Assembly (NCBI GenBank): GCA_964408995.1 | Contig: CAYPBP010000003.1 | Location: forward strand, 14,803-78,802 | Length of the DNA: 64,000 nucleotides | Direction: 5' to 3' | Source of the DNA: an uncultured Gammaproteobacteria bacterium | GTDB lineage: Bacteria; Patescibacteriota; Microgenomatia; UBA12405 | Part shown: positions 1 to 8,578 of the stretch, piece by piece | Layout: every line of letters begins with the position of its first letter | Numbering within the stretch: position 1 is the first letter of the stretch | The notes under the pieces: generated by a model | Database searches by the model: none | The model's input: only the letters and a program-made list of their open reading frames with translations | Told to the model about the DNA's origin: nothing | Program-made: the position numbers and the translations under genes

Positions 1-1234
1 TTAATTCTTCAAAACTAACCAATTTTTGATCAGTGGTGTTTAGGTTTTTAAGCATGATTTGGTTGTTTTTAGCTTCATCTGTACCGATTATGGCTAAATA
101 GGGGATATCTAGACTGATGGCATATTTAATTTGTTTACTTAATTTATCATCGTCTGGATAAACAATAGAACTAATATTTTGATCACGAAGCTTAGAAACT
201 AAAGCCAAAATGTTATTTTGGGTTTCTGGTCCAAAATTAACCACTAAAATTTTGGTTTTTGATTGATTAATTTCTGGTAATAGATTTAATTCTTGAATTA
301 CATCAACAACTCGTTCAAATCCAAAAGCAAAACCAACAGCAGGAATGCTTGGTCCGCCAAGAGTGGAAATTAAATTATCGTAACGACCACCACCACCAAT
401 GGATCCAATTTTTGGCTCCGAGACATTTACTTCAAAAATAGTGCCAGTGTAATAATCACAACCACGGACAAGAGTTGGATCAAAGACATAACTGTCGTCT
501 GGTAAATTCATGGCTTTTAAATTGGCAAAAACTTGCTCTAAAAATTCGTCTGGTTTAGCATTTTTTATGTTGTCAAAGAGGTTCTTGATTTGGGTTTCTG
601 ATAGACCTTTAGAAATGAGTTCATTTTTTACTCCATCTTGACCGATTTTGTCGATTTTATCGAGACTTTGAAGAGTAGAGTTTTGGTCATTTTCAATGCC
701 ACTTTTGGCTAAAATGTCGAATAAAACTTGACGACTATTGACTTTTATAATGGCATTTTTGAAATTTAATTTTTTAGTGCCAGTGTAAATTATGGAAATA
801 ATTTCGGCGTCGGCAATAGGGGATGAAGATCCAAAAATATCAATATCGCATTGGACGAATTCTCGATAACGACCTCTTTGAGTGTTTTCAGCTCGCCAAA
901 CTGGTTGAACTTGATAACGCTTAAAAGGAAGTTGGATTTCGTTTGAGTACATGGCTAAAACTTTGGCGGCAGGCACAGTTAAGTCATAACGAAGCCCGAT
1001 TTCTCGGTCGCCATTATCTTTAAAGAAATAGCCTAATTTATCGTCAGTTTCGTTGCTGTATTTGCCTTTTAAAACTGAAGCATATTCCAAAGCTGGGGTT
1101 TCTAGAGGTAGAAATCCAAAATTTTCAAAAATCTCAGTTAGAGTGTTTTTGACAAAGTTTCGAGTTGCCATTTCTTTTGGCATAAAATCTCTAAAACCCT
1201 TTAATGTTTGTGGTTTAATATTTGATTGATTCAT
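1..1234 (-). CDS. hisS: Histidine--tRNA ligase (3' end runs off the window)
   Basis: Not in the ORF track. ATG at 1234 gives MNQSNIKPQTLKGFRDFMP..., with LRYDLTVP, RGRYREFVQCDIDIFG, GGGGRYD and AVGFAFGFERV motifs; the frame stays open to base 2. Confidence 0.95.
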   Translation of the reverse strand, partial: MNQSNIKPQTLKGFRDFMPKEMATRNFVKNTLTEIFENFGFLPLETPALEYASVLKGKYSNETDDKLGYFFKDNGDREIGLRYDLTVPAAKVLAMYSNEIQLPFKRYQVQPVWRAENTQRGRYREFVQCDIDIFGSSSPIADAEIISIIYTGTKKLNFKNAIIKVNSRQVLFDILAKSGIENDQNSTLQSLDKIDKIGQDGVKNELISKGLSETQIKNLFDNIKNAKPDEFLEQVFANLKAMNLPDDSYVFDPTLVRGCDYYTGTIFEVNVSEPKIGSIGGGGRYDNLISTLGGPSIPAVGFAFGFERVVDVIQELNLLPEINQSKTKILVVNFGPETQNNILALVSKLRDQNISSIVYPDDDKLSKQIKYAISLDIPYLAIIGTDEAKNNQIMLKNLNTTDQKLVSFEEL

Positions 1235-1668
1235 AGTTGAATTTTAACATTTAATAAATCGTTTATATTACTAACCTGAAGTATGCCTATTTTTATTTTT
1301 CCAAAATAAACAAATGATATTTTGGCATTTTTGGCTGTTAAATAATCTTTTTTAGTATTACCAAGATAATAGATTTTAGATGGATTTATTAATTTGGTTA
1401 AATTATTAATTGCCTTTGGATTGGGTTTTTTAGGTAAATTATTATTGGCAGTAATTATTAATTCATTTCTAAATAAATTTTTAGATAAATTTAATTTTTT
1501 GAAAATATTTGTAGTTTCTGCTTTAGTGGCACCAGTAAATAAAGCAAAAATAAAATTTTTCTTTTGAAGTTTATATAAACTATCTAAAGATCCGTTTAAA
1601 ACAGGAGGTCTCATTTTTTTAACAAGTGTTCCTTGTAGATCAAAAATTAATAATTTTTTATTTGTCAT
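1231..1668 (-). CDS. HAD-superfamily hydrolase
   Basis: LIFDLQGTL (motif I, second Asp replaced by Gln), FTG, KKPNP, YLGNTKKDYLTAKNA; the stop overlaps the hisS start (ATGA). Confidence 0.75.
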   Translation of the reverse strand: MTNKKLLIFDLQGTLVKKMRPPVLNGSLDSLYKLQKKNFIFALFTGATKAETTNIFKKLNLSKNLFRNELIITANNNLPKKPNPKAINNLTKLINPSKIYYLGNTKKDYLTAKNAKISFVYFGKIKIGILQVSNINDLLNVKIQL

Positions 1669-2969
1669 AAAGATTCCCACTTAATAGGTAAATTATAACC
1701 AGAGTCATTAATCATTGGATTAGTTGAATAAGTAGCTAGGATACCAGCAATTTCATTTCCAATTATCCAAATATTAAGTTTTTCAAATAATTTTTCTGGA
1801 CAAGTAATTATTTTAGTTTTTGTATTAATACATACTATGTCTTTGGTTTCAGAATAAGTAGTTGGTTGAAATACATAATTTTTAAAATTTTCTAAATCTG
1901 GAAAATTATTTTCTTTAAATATTTGAACTCCTTTAAGTGATTCTGATCGTATTGGTTTTACAATGAATTCCACATTTTTTGGTGGTGAATTAGTGGTTTT
2001 AACAAACAAATCTGGTCTTTTTTGACTTATATCTATTAAGGTATCTTTTTGATCAAAAGAATCAAGTTGAATTGGTGAAAGAATTAATCCATTTTTTTGA
2101 GCAATTTTAATCTTGTTAATACTAGATATTTCTTCTTCATTGGCCATAGAAAAAGATCCATTTAAATAAACCATTGAAACATCGACTCCTTTAACAGTAA
2201 GAGAGTTGTTTTCATTTAACGCAACATCTCTTATAGATGATATTTGGATATTATCAAAAAAAGAAGTTGATGATAAATAATTAGCAAAACCAAACATTTC
2301 ATCTTTTTTACAGCCATTTGAGGACCGACAATATAATAGAGCAATTTTTTTATTTTTTGTATTCAATTTACTTAAATTTTCAGTTATTAATTTTGTTGGA
2401 GTTTTTTCATTTGATGAATTTTGAATATTATAAACTTCATTAAATGATTGAAGTGCTCCAATGTTGTCAATCCAACATGGGTTTATTTCTATTATTCTTA
2501 TAGAATTATCCTTTTGTCTAATAGCATCAATTCTAGCCATGGGGATACCATTTGATATATTTGATTCATCAATTGAATTTGTAAAACCCCATATGATTTG
2601 AGGTAAATCTGATGGTATTTTAATAGAATCTGGATAGTAATTTTTATTTTTAGGAAAAGCAAAATTAAAAACGTAGTCACCGTAACTACATTTTCTTTCT
2701 TTTAGTCCAGTCCAAACTTGTGATGCTTTTTCTAAAATATTAACATCTAAATTATCAGGATTTGATAATTTATCTACTATTTTTTGTTATTCTTGAACAC
2801 GCCAACTTGCTTGACGAGTACATATTTCTTTAAGTAAATTTTGTTGTTTTGGGCTTATTGTTTCTCTTAATTGACAAATATATGGATCTGTTGGAATAGA
2901 CTCTTGTTGAGACAATGTCTTTTTTAAATCTATAAATTGATTAACTGTTGGATATATTATTTCTTTCAT
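1665..2969 (-). pseudogene. ATP-grasp-like (glutathionylspermidine synthase-like) gene interrupted by one in-frame TAA
   Basis: ORFs 2787..2969 and 1665..2540 share a frame and the interval is open except for TAA at 2787-2789; ARID...IRIIEIN, IVKP and YVFQP motifs. Confidence 0.6.
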
Positions 2970-3035
2970 AATTTTATTTTTTAATTTTTAACAAATAATC
3001 TCGCATTAGCGGGATTTCTATATATAGAAACACTA

Positions 3036-3061
3036 AAAATCCCCGCGGGGAGCGGGGATTT
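3036..3061 (-). terminator. Attenuator terminator hairpin upstream of the ATP-grasp/HAD/hisS operon
   Basis: Minus strand AAATCCCCGC-TCCCC-GCGGGGATTTTT. Confidence 0.7.
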
Positions 3062-3082
3062 GTAAGTTTAATAAAATTGTTT

Positions 3083-3157
3083 TCAGGCGGCCAAAAACCC
3101 CGCGGATTTGACAGCCACGGTATGTCGATGGTTTAAAATATTTATTTTTAATTTCAT
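3083..3157 (-). CDS. Putative His leader peptide 2 (MKLKINILNHRHTVAVKSAGFLAA)
   Basis: 24-codon ORF with CAT-CGA-CAT that overlaps an antiterminator segment. Confidence 0.6.
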   Translation of the reverse strand: MKLKINILNHRHTVAVKSAGFLAA

Positions 3158-3198
3158 TTTATTTTGTTTAAGTAAATATATCCTTATAATTTAGGATA

Positions 3199-3223
3199 AT
3201 CTGTTCCGCTACGCGGAACAGAT
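3199..3223. repeat. Palindromic hairpin just downstream of tRNA-His
   Basis: ATCTGTTCCGC-TAC-GCGGAACAGAT, 11-bp perfect stem. Confidence 0.7.
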
Positions 3224-3242
3224 CTTTAATAAAACTTACTTA

Positions 3243-3320
3243 TGGGGTGGTATACCGGACTTGAACCGGCAACCTCAGCTTTCACAGAGCTGCGCTCTAA
3301 CCAATTGAGCTAATACCACC
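3243..3320 (-). tRNA. tRNA-His (GTG) with G-1 and encoded CCA
   Basis: GGTGGTATTAGCTCAATTGGTTAGAGCG-CAGCT-CTGTGAA-AGCTG-...GGTTCAAGTCC...ATACCACC-CCA. Confidence 0.95.
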
Positions 3321-3339
3321 ATATATTTGGTTAATATGG

Positions 3340-3405
3340 TCTAACCAATTGACCTGCCCGCAGTTCCTAAGCAACAGCTTTTGCAGGCGGGGCTAATACC
3401 ACCAT
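3340..3405 (-). repeat. Duplicated tRNA-His 5' fragment interrupted by a 39-bp element (3353-3391)
   Basis: GGTGGTATTAGC|CCCGCCTGCA-19nt-TGCGGGCAGG|TCAATTGGTTAGA. Confidence 0.85.
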
Positions 3406-3460
3406 GTATTGTTAATTATATCTGATTATTTTGCCTTGCGGTTGCGGGTAATTTTGGTAT

Positions 3461-3482
3461 AAAAAACCCGCCGGTTGGCGGG
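3461..3482 (-). terminator. Attenuator terminator upstream of tRNA-His
   Basis: Minus strand CCCGCC-AACC-GGCGGG-TTTTTT. Confidence 0.8.
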
Positions 3483-3508
3483 AAACAGACATGTTTAAAC
3501 CACCAACC

Positions 3509-3556
3509 TTAAAAGTTAGTGTGATGATGGTTTGAGATTAAACATGTTTTAATCAT
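3509..3556 (-). CDS. Putative His leader peptide 1 (MIKTCLISNHHHTNF)
   Basis: 15-codon ORF with CAT CAT CAC, ending 27 nt before a terminator, with alternative pairings available. Confidence 0.7.
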   Translation of the reverse strand: MIKTCLISNHHHTNF

Positions 3557-3580
3557 TGGTGGTATTGTATCATAAATAGT

Positions 3581-4303
3581 ATGAATATAAAAAAAATAAA
3601 AGTTGGGGTTTGGATTTTGGAAATTGATTTAGATGGTGGGAGAATTGTTAGTTTGAAAAAGAGTGACGAACTAGTATTGGGTACTTTTCAAAGGATTGAT
3701 GAAAAAAAAGGAAATACCCATGTTTGTGTGCCTAATTTTGGTGAAGAAGGAATGGAAAAATATGAGTTACCATTTCATGGACCATCTAGAAATGAAGAAT
3801 GGATTTTGGTTGAAGAAACAGAAAATAAACTTAAAATAAGTTATGAGTTTAGAGCTACAGAGAAATATCTAAGTAATCTATTAATAGAACAAGAGTTTAA
3901 TTTAGAAAATGGGTTTAACCATAAAGTGACGGTTAAAAATATTGGTGGGAAAGATGTACCAGTTAATGTGGCAATTCATAATTATTGGGTAGTAAACAAT
4001 GGTTGGTTAGGTTTACGAATTAATGATGTTGATGTTGGTCAGATTGTTAAAGATGATGATTATTTTGACGTTGGAAGTGAAAATATAATTTTATTTCCGG
4101 ATTCTAGAAAATTTAATTTTAATTTGAAAGGTTTTAATTGTGTGAGGTTATGGACTGGAAGGAAAGGGGAAGGAAAGAATATTGTTTATGATGAGAGCTA
4201 CGTTTGTATTGAACCAGCAATAGGGCAAAATGGTTTTTTTGAAAGTGAAGAGAGTATTTTGAAAGTGGGAGAAACTAGAGAGGTGGAACAAACTATATTT
4301 TAG
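3581..4303 (+). CDS. Aldose 1-epimerase/galactose mutarotase-like protein
   Basis: GGRIVSL, CVPNFG, LPFHGPSR, AIHNYW, YVCIEP motifs. Confidence 0.8.
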   Translation: MNIKKIKVGVWILEIDLDGGRIVSLKKSDELVLGTFQRIDEKKGNTHVCVPNFGEEGMEKYELPFHGPSRNEEWILVEETENKLKISYEFRATEKYLSNLLIEQEFNLENGFNHKVTVKNIGGKDVPVNVAIHNYWVVNNGWLGLRINDVDVGQIVKDDDYFDVGSENIILFPDSRKFNFNLKGFNCVRLWTGRKGEGKNIVYDESYVCIEPAIGQNGFFESEESILKVGETREVEQTIF

Positions 4304-4962
4304 TTTTGGGGGGTGTCAGTGTCAAAGGTAATTATTTTTGAAACGTAGAAAGTTTTGGCAATTTTAGTATCTGGTTTTATTACAACAATTATTTTTTGAC
4401 CTGATTTGAGCTTATCCATAGTTAAATTATTATTGTTTTTATCTACTATTTCAGTTTTATCATCAGTTTTAATTTGATATTGAGCTTCTTTGTTTTTTAT
4501 AGGAATTAAGACAAAGATGGGGGATGATTTAGAAATATCAACGATTTTTCCTAAAATTATTTCATTTTTGTTTTCAATAGTTTTTAGGTCAGTAATAACA
4601 ATTCTTTTAGCTTCAAAAGTATCTGCAGTTAGATAACCCATAGCTAAAATATCTTGTCCAGCTTTAATGTTTTCTATTTTTGTTTTATTTTTTTTGGTAT
4701 CTATAAAGACAGTATCAAGGGTGAAACTGATAGTTTTAGTTTCATTTTTATGATTTAGAGTAATTTGAGTATCGTCGATTTTGGTAATAGTGCCAATGAT
4801 TGATCTTGGAATAGTTGAATCTATTAATACTTTTTCTCCACTAACTTTTTGTTTAACTTTATCTAGGATAACTTGAGTTTTATCAGTAACAGTGGTGGCT
4901 TCTTGTGAAAATGAAGTATTAGGGAATATTAAAGAAAGAAAGAGAAATAAAAATAAATACAT
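4300..4962 (-). CDS. Secreted hypothetical protein with two OB-fold-like (DUF5666-like) repeats
   Basis: Signal peptide; twice G-I-x-I...T.....L/I-K-x-GQ-x-I. Confidence 0.55.
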   Translation of the reverse strand: MYLFLFLFLSLIFPNTSFSQEATTVTDKTQVILDKVKQKVSGEKVLIDSTIPRSIIGTITKIDDTQITLNHKNETKTISFTLDTVFIDTKKNKTKIENIKAGQDILAMGYLTADTFEAKRIVITDLKTIENKNEIILGKIVDISKSSPIFVLIPIKNKEAQYQIKTDDKTEIVDKNNNNLTMDKLKSGQKIIVVIKPDTKIAKTFYVSKIITFDTDTPQN

Positions 4963-4963
4963 A

Positions 4964-5446
4964 TTATATTTTAGCAGTTGAATAAGTAAGATTTAATTCG
5001 ATTTGTTCTTGATTATCTTCAGCATCGATACTATTAATTTTAATTAAGTTTATACCACTATCAAGTTCGATGTTGATACTGAAAGTACCATTGGCATTAG
5101 ATTTACTATTAAAAGTTTTACTGGGAGTGGAAATAATAATTAAACTGTTGGCTTTACTTTCTCCTTTTATGGTTACTTTGGAATTGGAGACAACACTATT
5201 ATTTTCTGGAGAATTAACAACTATTGAAGTTTTGGTTGATGATATAGATTGATTTGGCAAAGCAGAATTATCTACATCATTCGTTTCGGTAGACATTTGA
5301 ATTTCGGTGATAGTTGGAGTTGGAGAGACTTCAATACTGGCTTGGTTATTAGTGTTCTTGCTTTTATTGAGAGCAAAAAAAGCTCCGGTAACACCAAATC
5401 CTAAAATTGCCCCTAGAGTGATAGCTAAAAATAATTCTTTTATCAT
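4964..5446 (-). CDS. Membrane-anchored Ig-like domain protein
   Basis: N-terminal TM helix, Pro/Thr linker, SPENNSVV...GTFS...L..GIN.I.I. Confidence 0.65.
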   Translation of the reverse strand: MIKELFLAITLGAILGFGVTGAFFALNKSKNTNNQASIEVSPTPTITEIQMSTETNDVDNSALPNQSISSTKTSIVVNSPENNSVVSNSKVTIKGESKANSLIIISTPSKTFNSKSNANGTFSINIELDSGINLIKINSIDAEDNQEQIELNLTYSTAKI

Positions 5447-5503
5447 TTGACTATCTTAAATGATATCACAAATAATCAAAAGTTGATGATAGAATTAGAT
5501 TAT

Positions 5504-6082
5504 ATGGAAATTAAAGTTTTAGAAAATCAATCAATTTATTTTAAAGGTAAAAAAGAGAATGTCTTTGTTAATCCAAACGAGGGTGACAGAGAAGATTCTA
5601 AATATCCTTCCAGAATTTTTTTATTTACAGCTGAAAAATATGATGGAATGGGTTTTGAAGGAGACAAGATTTTAATCAGAGCTCCAGGTGAGTATGAAGT
5701 TGGTGGAGTAGAAATAAATGGTTATAATGCTGGAAATGAAAATACAATTTATGTTTTTAATCTTGACGGGATTAAGGTAGTGGTCTTGGGTGAGCTAGAA
5801 GAAGCTTTGAGTGATAAAAGAATTGAAAAAATAGATTCAGCTGATGTTTTACTCGCTCCAGTTTTAATTAAAGATAGTGCTAGTGGCAAATTGGTTTTAG
5901 ATTGGGCTAAAAAATGGGGAGTTAATTATCTAATTCCAATGGGTTACGATAAAGATAAGACTATTCTAGATAATTTTTTAGATCAAGCTGATCAAGAAGG
6001 ATTAGAAGCAATTGAAAGCTTGAAAGTTGACAAAGATGATTTGCCAGATGGCTTAGAGATAAAAGTATTAAAAAAGGTATAA
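5504..6082 (+). CDS. Metallo-beta-lactamase-fold protein (degenerate metal site)
   Basis: PGEYEVGGVEING, LGEL, DVLLAPV, LIPMGY; likely start ATG 5504. Confidence 0.65.
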   Translation: MEIKVLENQSIYFKGKKENVFVNPNEGDREDSKYPSRIFLFTAEKYDGMGFEGDKILIRAPGEYEVGGVEINGYNAGNENTIYVFNLDGIKVVVLGELEEALSDKRIEKIDSADVLLAPVLIKDSASGKLVLDWAKKWGVNYLIPMGYDKDKTILDNFLDQADQEGLEAIESLKVDKDDLPDGLEIKVLKKV

Positions 6083-6089
6083 TACAGCT

Positions 6090-7397
6090 ATGACCACAGA
6101 AGCAATCAGATTGCCGCCTAGCTCTGAAGAAGCTGAAGTTTGCGTATTAGGATCGATTTTAATTGATAATGATGCGGTTTTAGCAGTATCCGAATTTTTA
6201 AGACCAGAACATTTTTATAATTCAAATTATTCCAAGATTTATGAAGCTATGATGAAGCTTTATGAAGACAGGATGCCGATTGATATAGTGACAGTATCGG
6301 AAAAATTAAAAGAACTTAAAGTTTTAAAAAATATTGGGGGAAAAGGGTTTTTAACTAGATTAGCATCAGAAGTGCCAACATCAGCTAATGTGGAAAGTTA
6401 TGGACATATTATTAAATCTTTGTCAGCTAAAAGAGAATTAATTTCGGCGGCTGGAAGAATTAGTGAAAAATCTTTTGATCCAAGTACTCCTGCTGATCAA
6501 TTATTAGATATGGCAGAGCAGGAGATTTTTTCTTTGTCTCAAAGACATTTAAAATCTATTCCAACTTCTTTAAAAGAAGTTTTAACAGCTAGTTTTGATA
6601 GGTTAGATGAATTGCAGAAATTAGGAACTGGTCTTAGGGGAATTCCAAGTGGTTTTAAGGGTTTGGATAATATTTTGGCAGGTATGCAGGATAGTAATTT
6701 ATTAATTTTGGCAGCACGACCAGGGGTAGGTAAAACAGCTTTTGGATTGAATATTGCTCGCTATGTGGCAGTTGAAAAGAAATTACCAGTTTGTGTCTTT
6801 TCTTTGGAAATGAGTAAAGAAGAATTAGTTGATCGTTTGTTGGTAAGGCAAGGATTAATAGATGCTTGGAAATTAAAGACTGGTCAATTATCAACTAATG
6901 ACTTTGATGCCTTATCTGAAGCTATGGGAGTATTAGCTGAGGCTCCACTTTATATTGATGATACTCCAGGCATGACAGTAACTGAATTGAGAACAAAAGC
7001 TAGAAGGCTTCAAGTTGATAAAGGTATCAAATTGATTGTGGTTGATTATTTGCAATTAATGCATGGAAGTACTAGAGATAATCGAGTTCAAGAAGTGTCA
7101 GAAATTTCTCAGGGATTAAAAAATTTAGCTCGTGAATTAAAAGTTCCAATTTTAGCACTAGCTCAATTATCTAGGGCCATGGAGGCTAGGGGGGGAAAGC
7201 CAAGATTGTCAGATTTAAGAGAATCGGGAAGTATTGAACAAGATGCTGATGTGGTTTTCTTTCTCTCAAGAGAGGATGAAGAAGTTAGAGAATTGGTGAC
7301 TTGTAGTATTGAAAAACACCGAAATGGTCCAACAGGTAGTTTTAATTTGTATTTCAACGGTAAACAGGTGAGTTTCTTTGATGTAGAGAAGAAATAA
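6090..7397 (+). CDS. dnaB: Replicative DNA helicase
   Basis: AARPGVGKT, FSLEMS, VDYLQL, DLRESGSIEQDAD, KHRNGPTG. Confidence 0.98.
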   Translation: MTTEAIRLPPSSEEAEVCVLGSILIDNDAVLAVSEFLRPEHFYNSNYSKIYEAMMKLYEDRMPIDIVTVSEKLKELKVLKNIGGKGFLTRLASEVPTSANVESYGHIIKSLSAKRELISAAGRISEKSFDPSTPADQLLDMAEQEIFSLSQRHLKSIPTSLKEVLTASFDRLDELQKLGTGLRGIPSGFKGLDNILAGMQDSNLLILAARPGVGKTAFGLNIARYVAVEKKLPVCVFSLEMSKEELVDRLLVRQGLIDAWKLKTGQLSTNDFDALSEAMGVLAEAPLYIDDTPGMTVTELRTKARRLQVDKGIKLIVVDYLQLMHGSTRDNRVQEVSEISQGLKNLARELKVPILALAQLSRAMEARGGKPRLSDLRESGSIEQDADVVFFLSREDEEVRELVTCSIEKHRNGPTGSFNLYFNGKQVSFFDVEKK

Positions 7398-7420
7398 TTG
7401 TGAGATAATATCTTTACTTC

Positions 7421-7504
7421 GCCGGAGTGGTGGAATTGGTAGACACGCACGACTCAAAATCGTGTGATAGCGATATCATGGGGGTTCGATTCCCTCCTTC
7501 GGCA
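7421..7504 (+). tRNA. tRNA-Leu (CAA), CCA not encoded
   Basis: GCCGGAGTGGTGGAATTGGTAGACACG-CACGA-CTCAAAA-TCGTG, long variable arm, GGTTCGATTCC. Confidence 0.95.
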
Positions 7505-7538
7505 CATAAATAAGAATCTAATAATGGTAAAATAGATT

Positions 7539-8195
7539 ATGAGCTTAGGAATATTAAGAATCTTTGGAATAATACTTTTTGCTTATTTAACATGGAGAAA
7601 TTTGAGAGAAAATTACGAAGAGAATGAAGTGGTAAGCTATTCATGGATAGCCTTACTTAGTTTTTTTGTGGGTGGTAGAATTATTTACGGATTGGCTAAT
7701 TTTGGAGTTTGGAATGATAGTTGGTTGAGTTGGTTTTCGGTATGGGATAAACCAGGTATGAGTTATGTTGGTGGATTTATGGTTTTGATTTTGGTTAACT
7801 TTATTTTTTCTAAAGTAAACAGTTGGAAGTTTTTTCCTTTTTGTGAAGATAGTTTAGGTAATATTTTGATTTTCTTGGGATTTTTAATGGGGGATGAGTT
7901 TTTAAGAACAAAATTTGATTTTAAAGTTGGAATTTATTTATTGTTTGTAGTGCTGTCGTTTTTATTTTTGAAACTGATGAAGAATAAATATAGATCTTTT
8001 GTTTGGTATAAGAGTGGTAAAAAAGGTTTTGCTTTTTTGGCAACTTGCTTTTTGTTTTTCTTAATTCTTGGATTTTTGGGTTTATATTTTAAGATGGCTT
8101 TGGTTTATTCGGTTTTATATTGGATTGTCGGTTTGATTTCTTTAATTGGATTGTGTATCTTAGGTGAAGTTTTTAATTTTTTAAAAGGGAAATAA
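7539..8195 (+). CDS. Lgt-like (prolipoprotein diacylglyceryl transferase-like) membrane protein
   Basis: GGRIIY...W..GMSYVGGF resembles the Lgt signature; lies near lspA. Confidence 0.55.
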   Translation: MSLGILRIFGIILFAYLTWRNLRENYEENEVVSYSWIALLSFFVGGRIIYGLANFGVWNDSWLSWFSVWDKPGMSYVGGFMVLILVNFIFSKVNSWKFFPFCEDSLGNILIFLGFLMGDEFLRTKFDFKVGIYLLFVVLSFLFLKLMKNKYRSFVWYKSGKKGFAFLATCFLFFLILGFLGLYFKMALVYSVLYWIVGLISLIGLCILGEVFNFLKGK

Positions 8196-8196
8196 T

Positions 8197-8574
8197 ATGA
8201 AAAAAGAAGAAGTATCTTTAAATTTACCAGCCAGATTATTATCACCAATAAAAGAATTTTTGGAGAAACAATTAGTTTTTCTTAAAAGACAAAAAAAACA
8301 ACTTAAAAAAAATGATCCTTTTTTGTTTGAAGAAAGAGCTAGTGAAAATTCTTTTGAAGAAGATTTAGATGAACAAATTGGCCATTTCGATAACGAGATT
8401 CAAGTTAAATTTTTAAGCAAGCAAATTGCTCAAATGAGAACTGCGTTAACCAGAATGAAAATTGGTAAATATGGTGTTTGTGAAAAATGTGGAGTTATAA
8501 TTGACACTGATAGATTGGCTATTAAACCAGACGCAACTACTTGTATCAAGTGTAGCAAAGAAAGCGAATCTTAG
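8197..8574 (+). CDS. DksA/TraR C4 zinc-finger protein
   Basis: ALTRMKIGKYGVCEKCG...RLAIKPDATTCIKC. Confidence 0.9.
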   Translation: MKKEEVSLNLPARLLSPIKEFLEKQLVFLKRQKKQLKKNDPFLFEERASENSFEEDLDEQIGHFDNEIQVKFLSKQIAQMRTALTRMKIGKYGVCEKCGVIIDTDRLAIKPDATTCIKCSKESES

Positions 8575-8578
8575 TGAA

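Noticed and set aside
2787-2789. Stop-codon reassignment
   Set aside because: TAA, TAG and TGA all terminate well-conserved genes elsewhere in the window; this is an isolated case
3340-3405. att site of an element integrated at tRNA-His
   Set aside because: The duplicated piece is the 5' end, lies only ~20 bp from the tRNA, and encloses no cargo or integrase
3553-3573. Mini-ORF MIQYHQ* overlapping the His leader start
   Set aside because: Six codons with one His; too short to distinguish from chance
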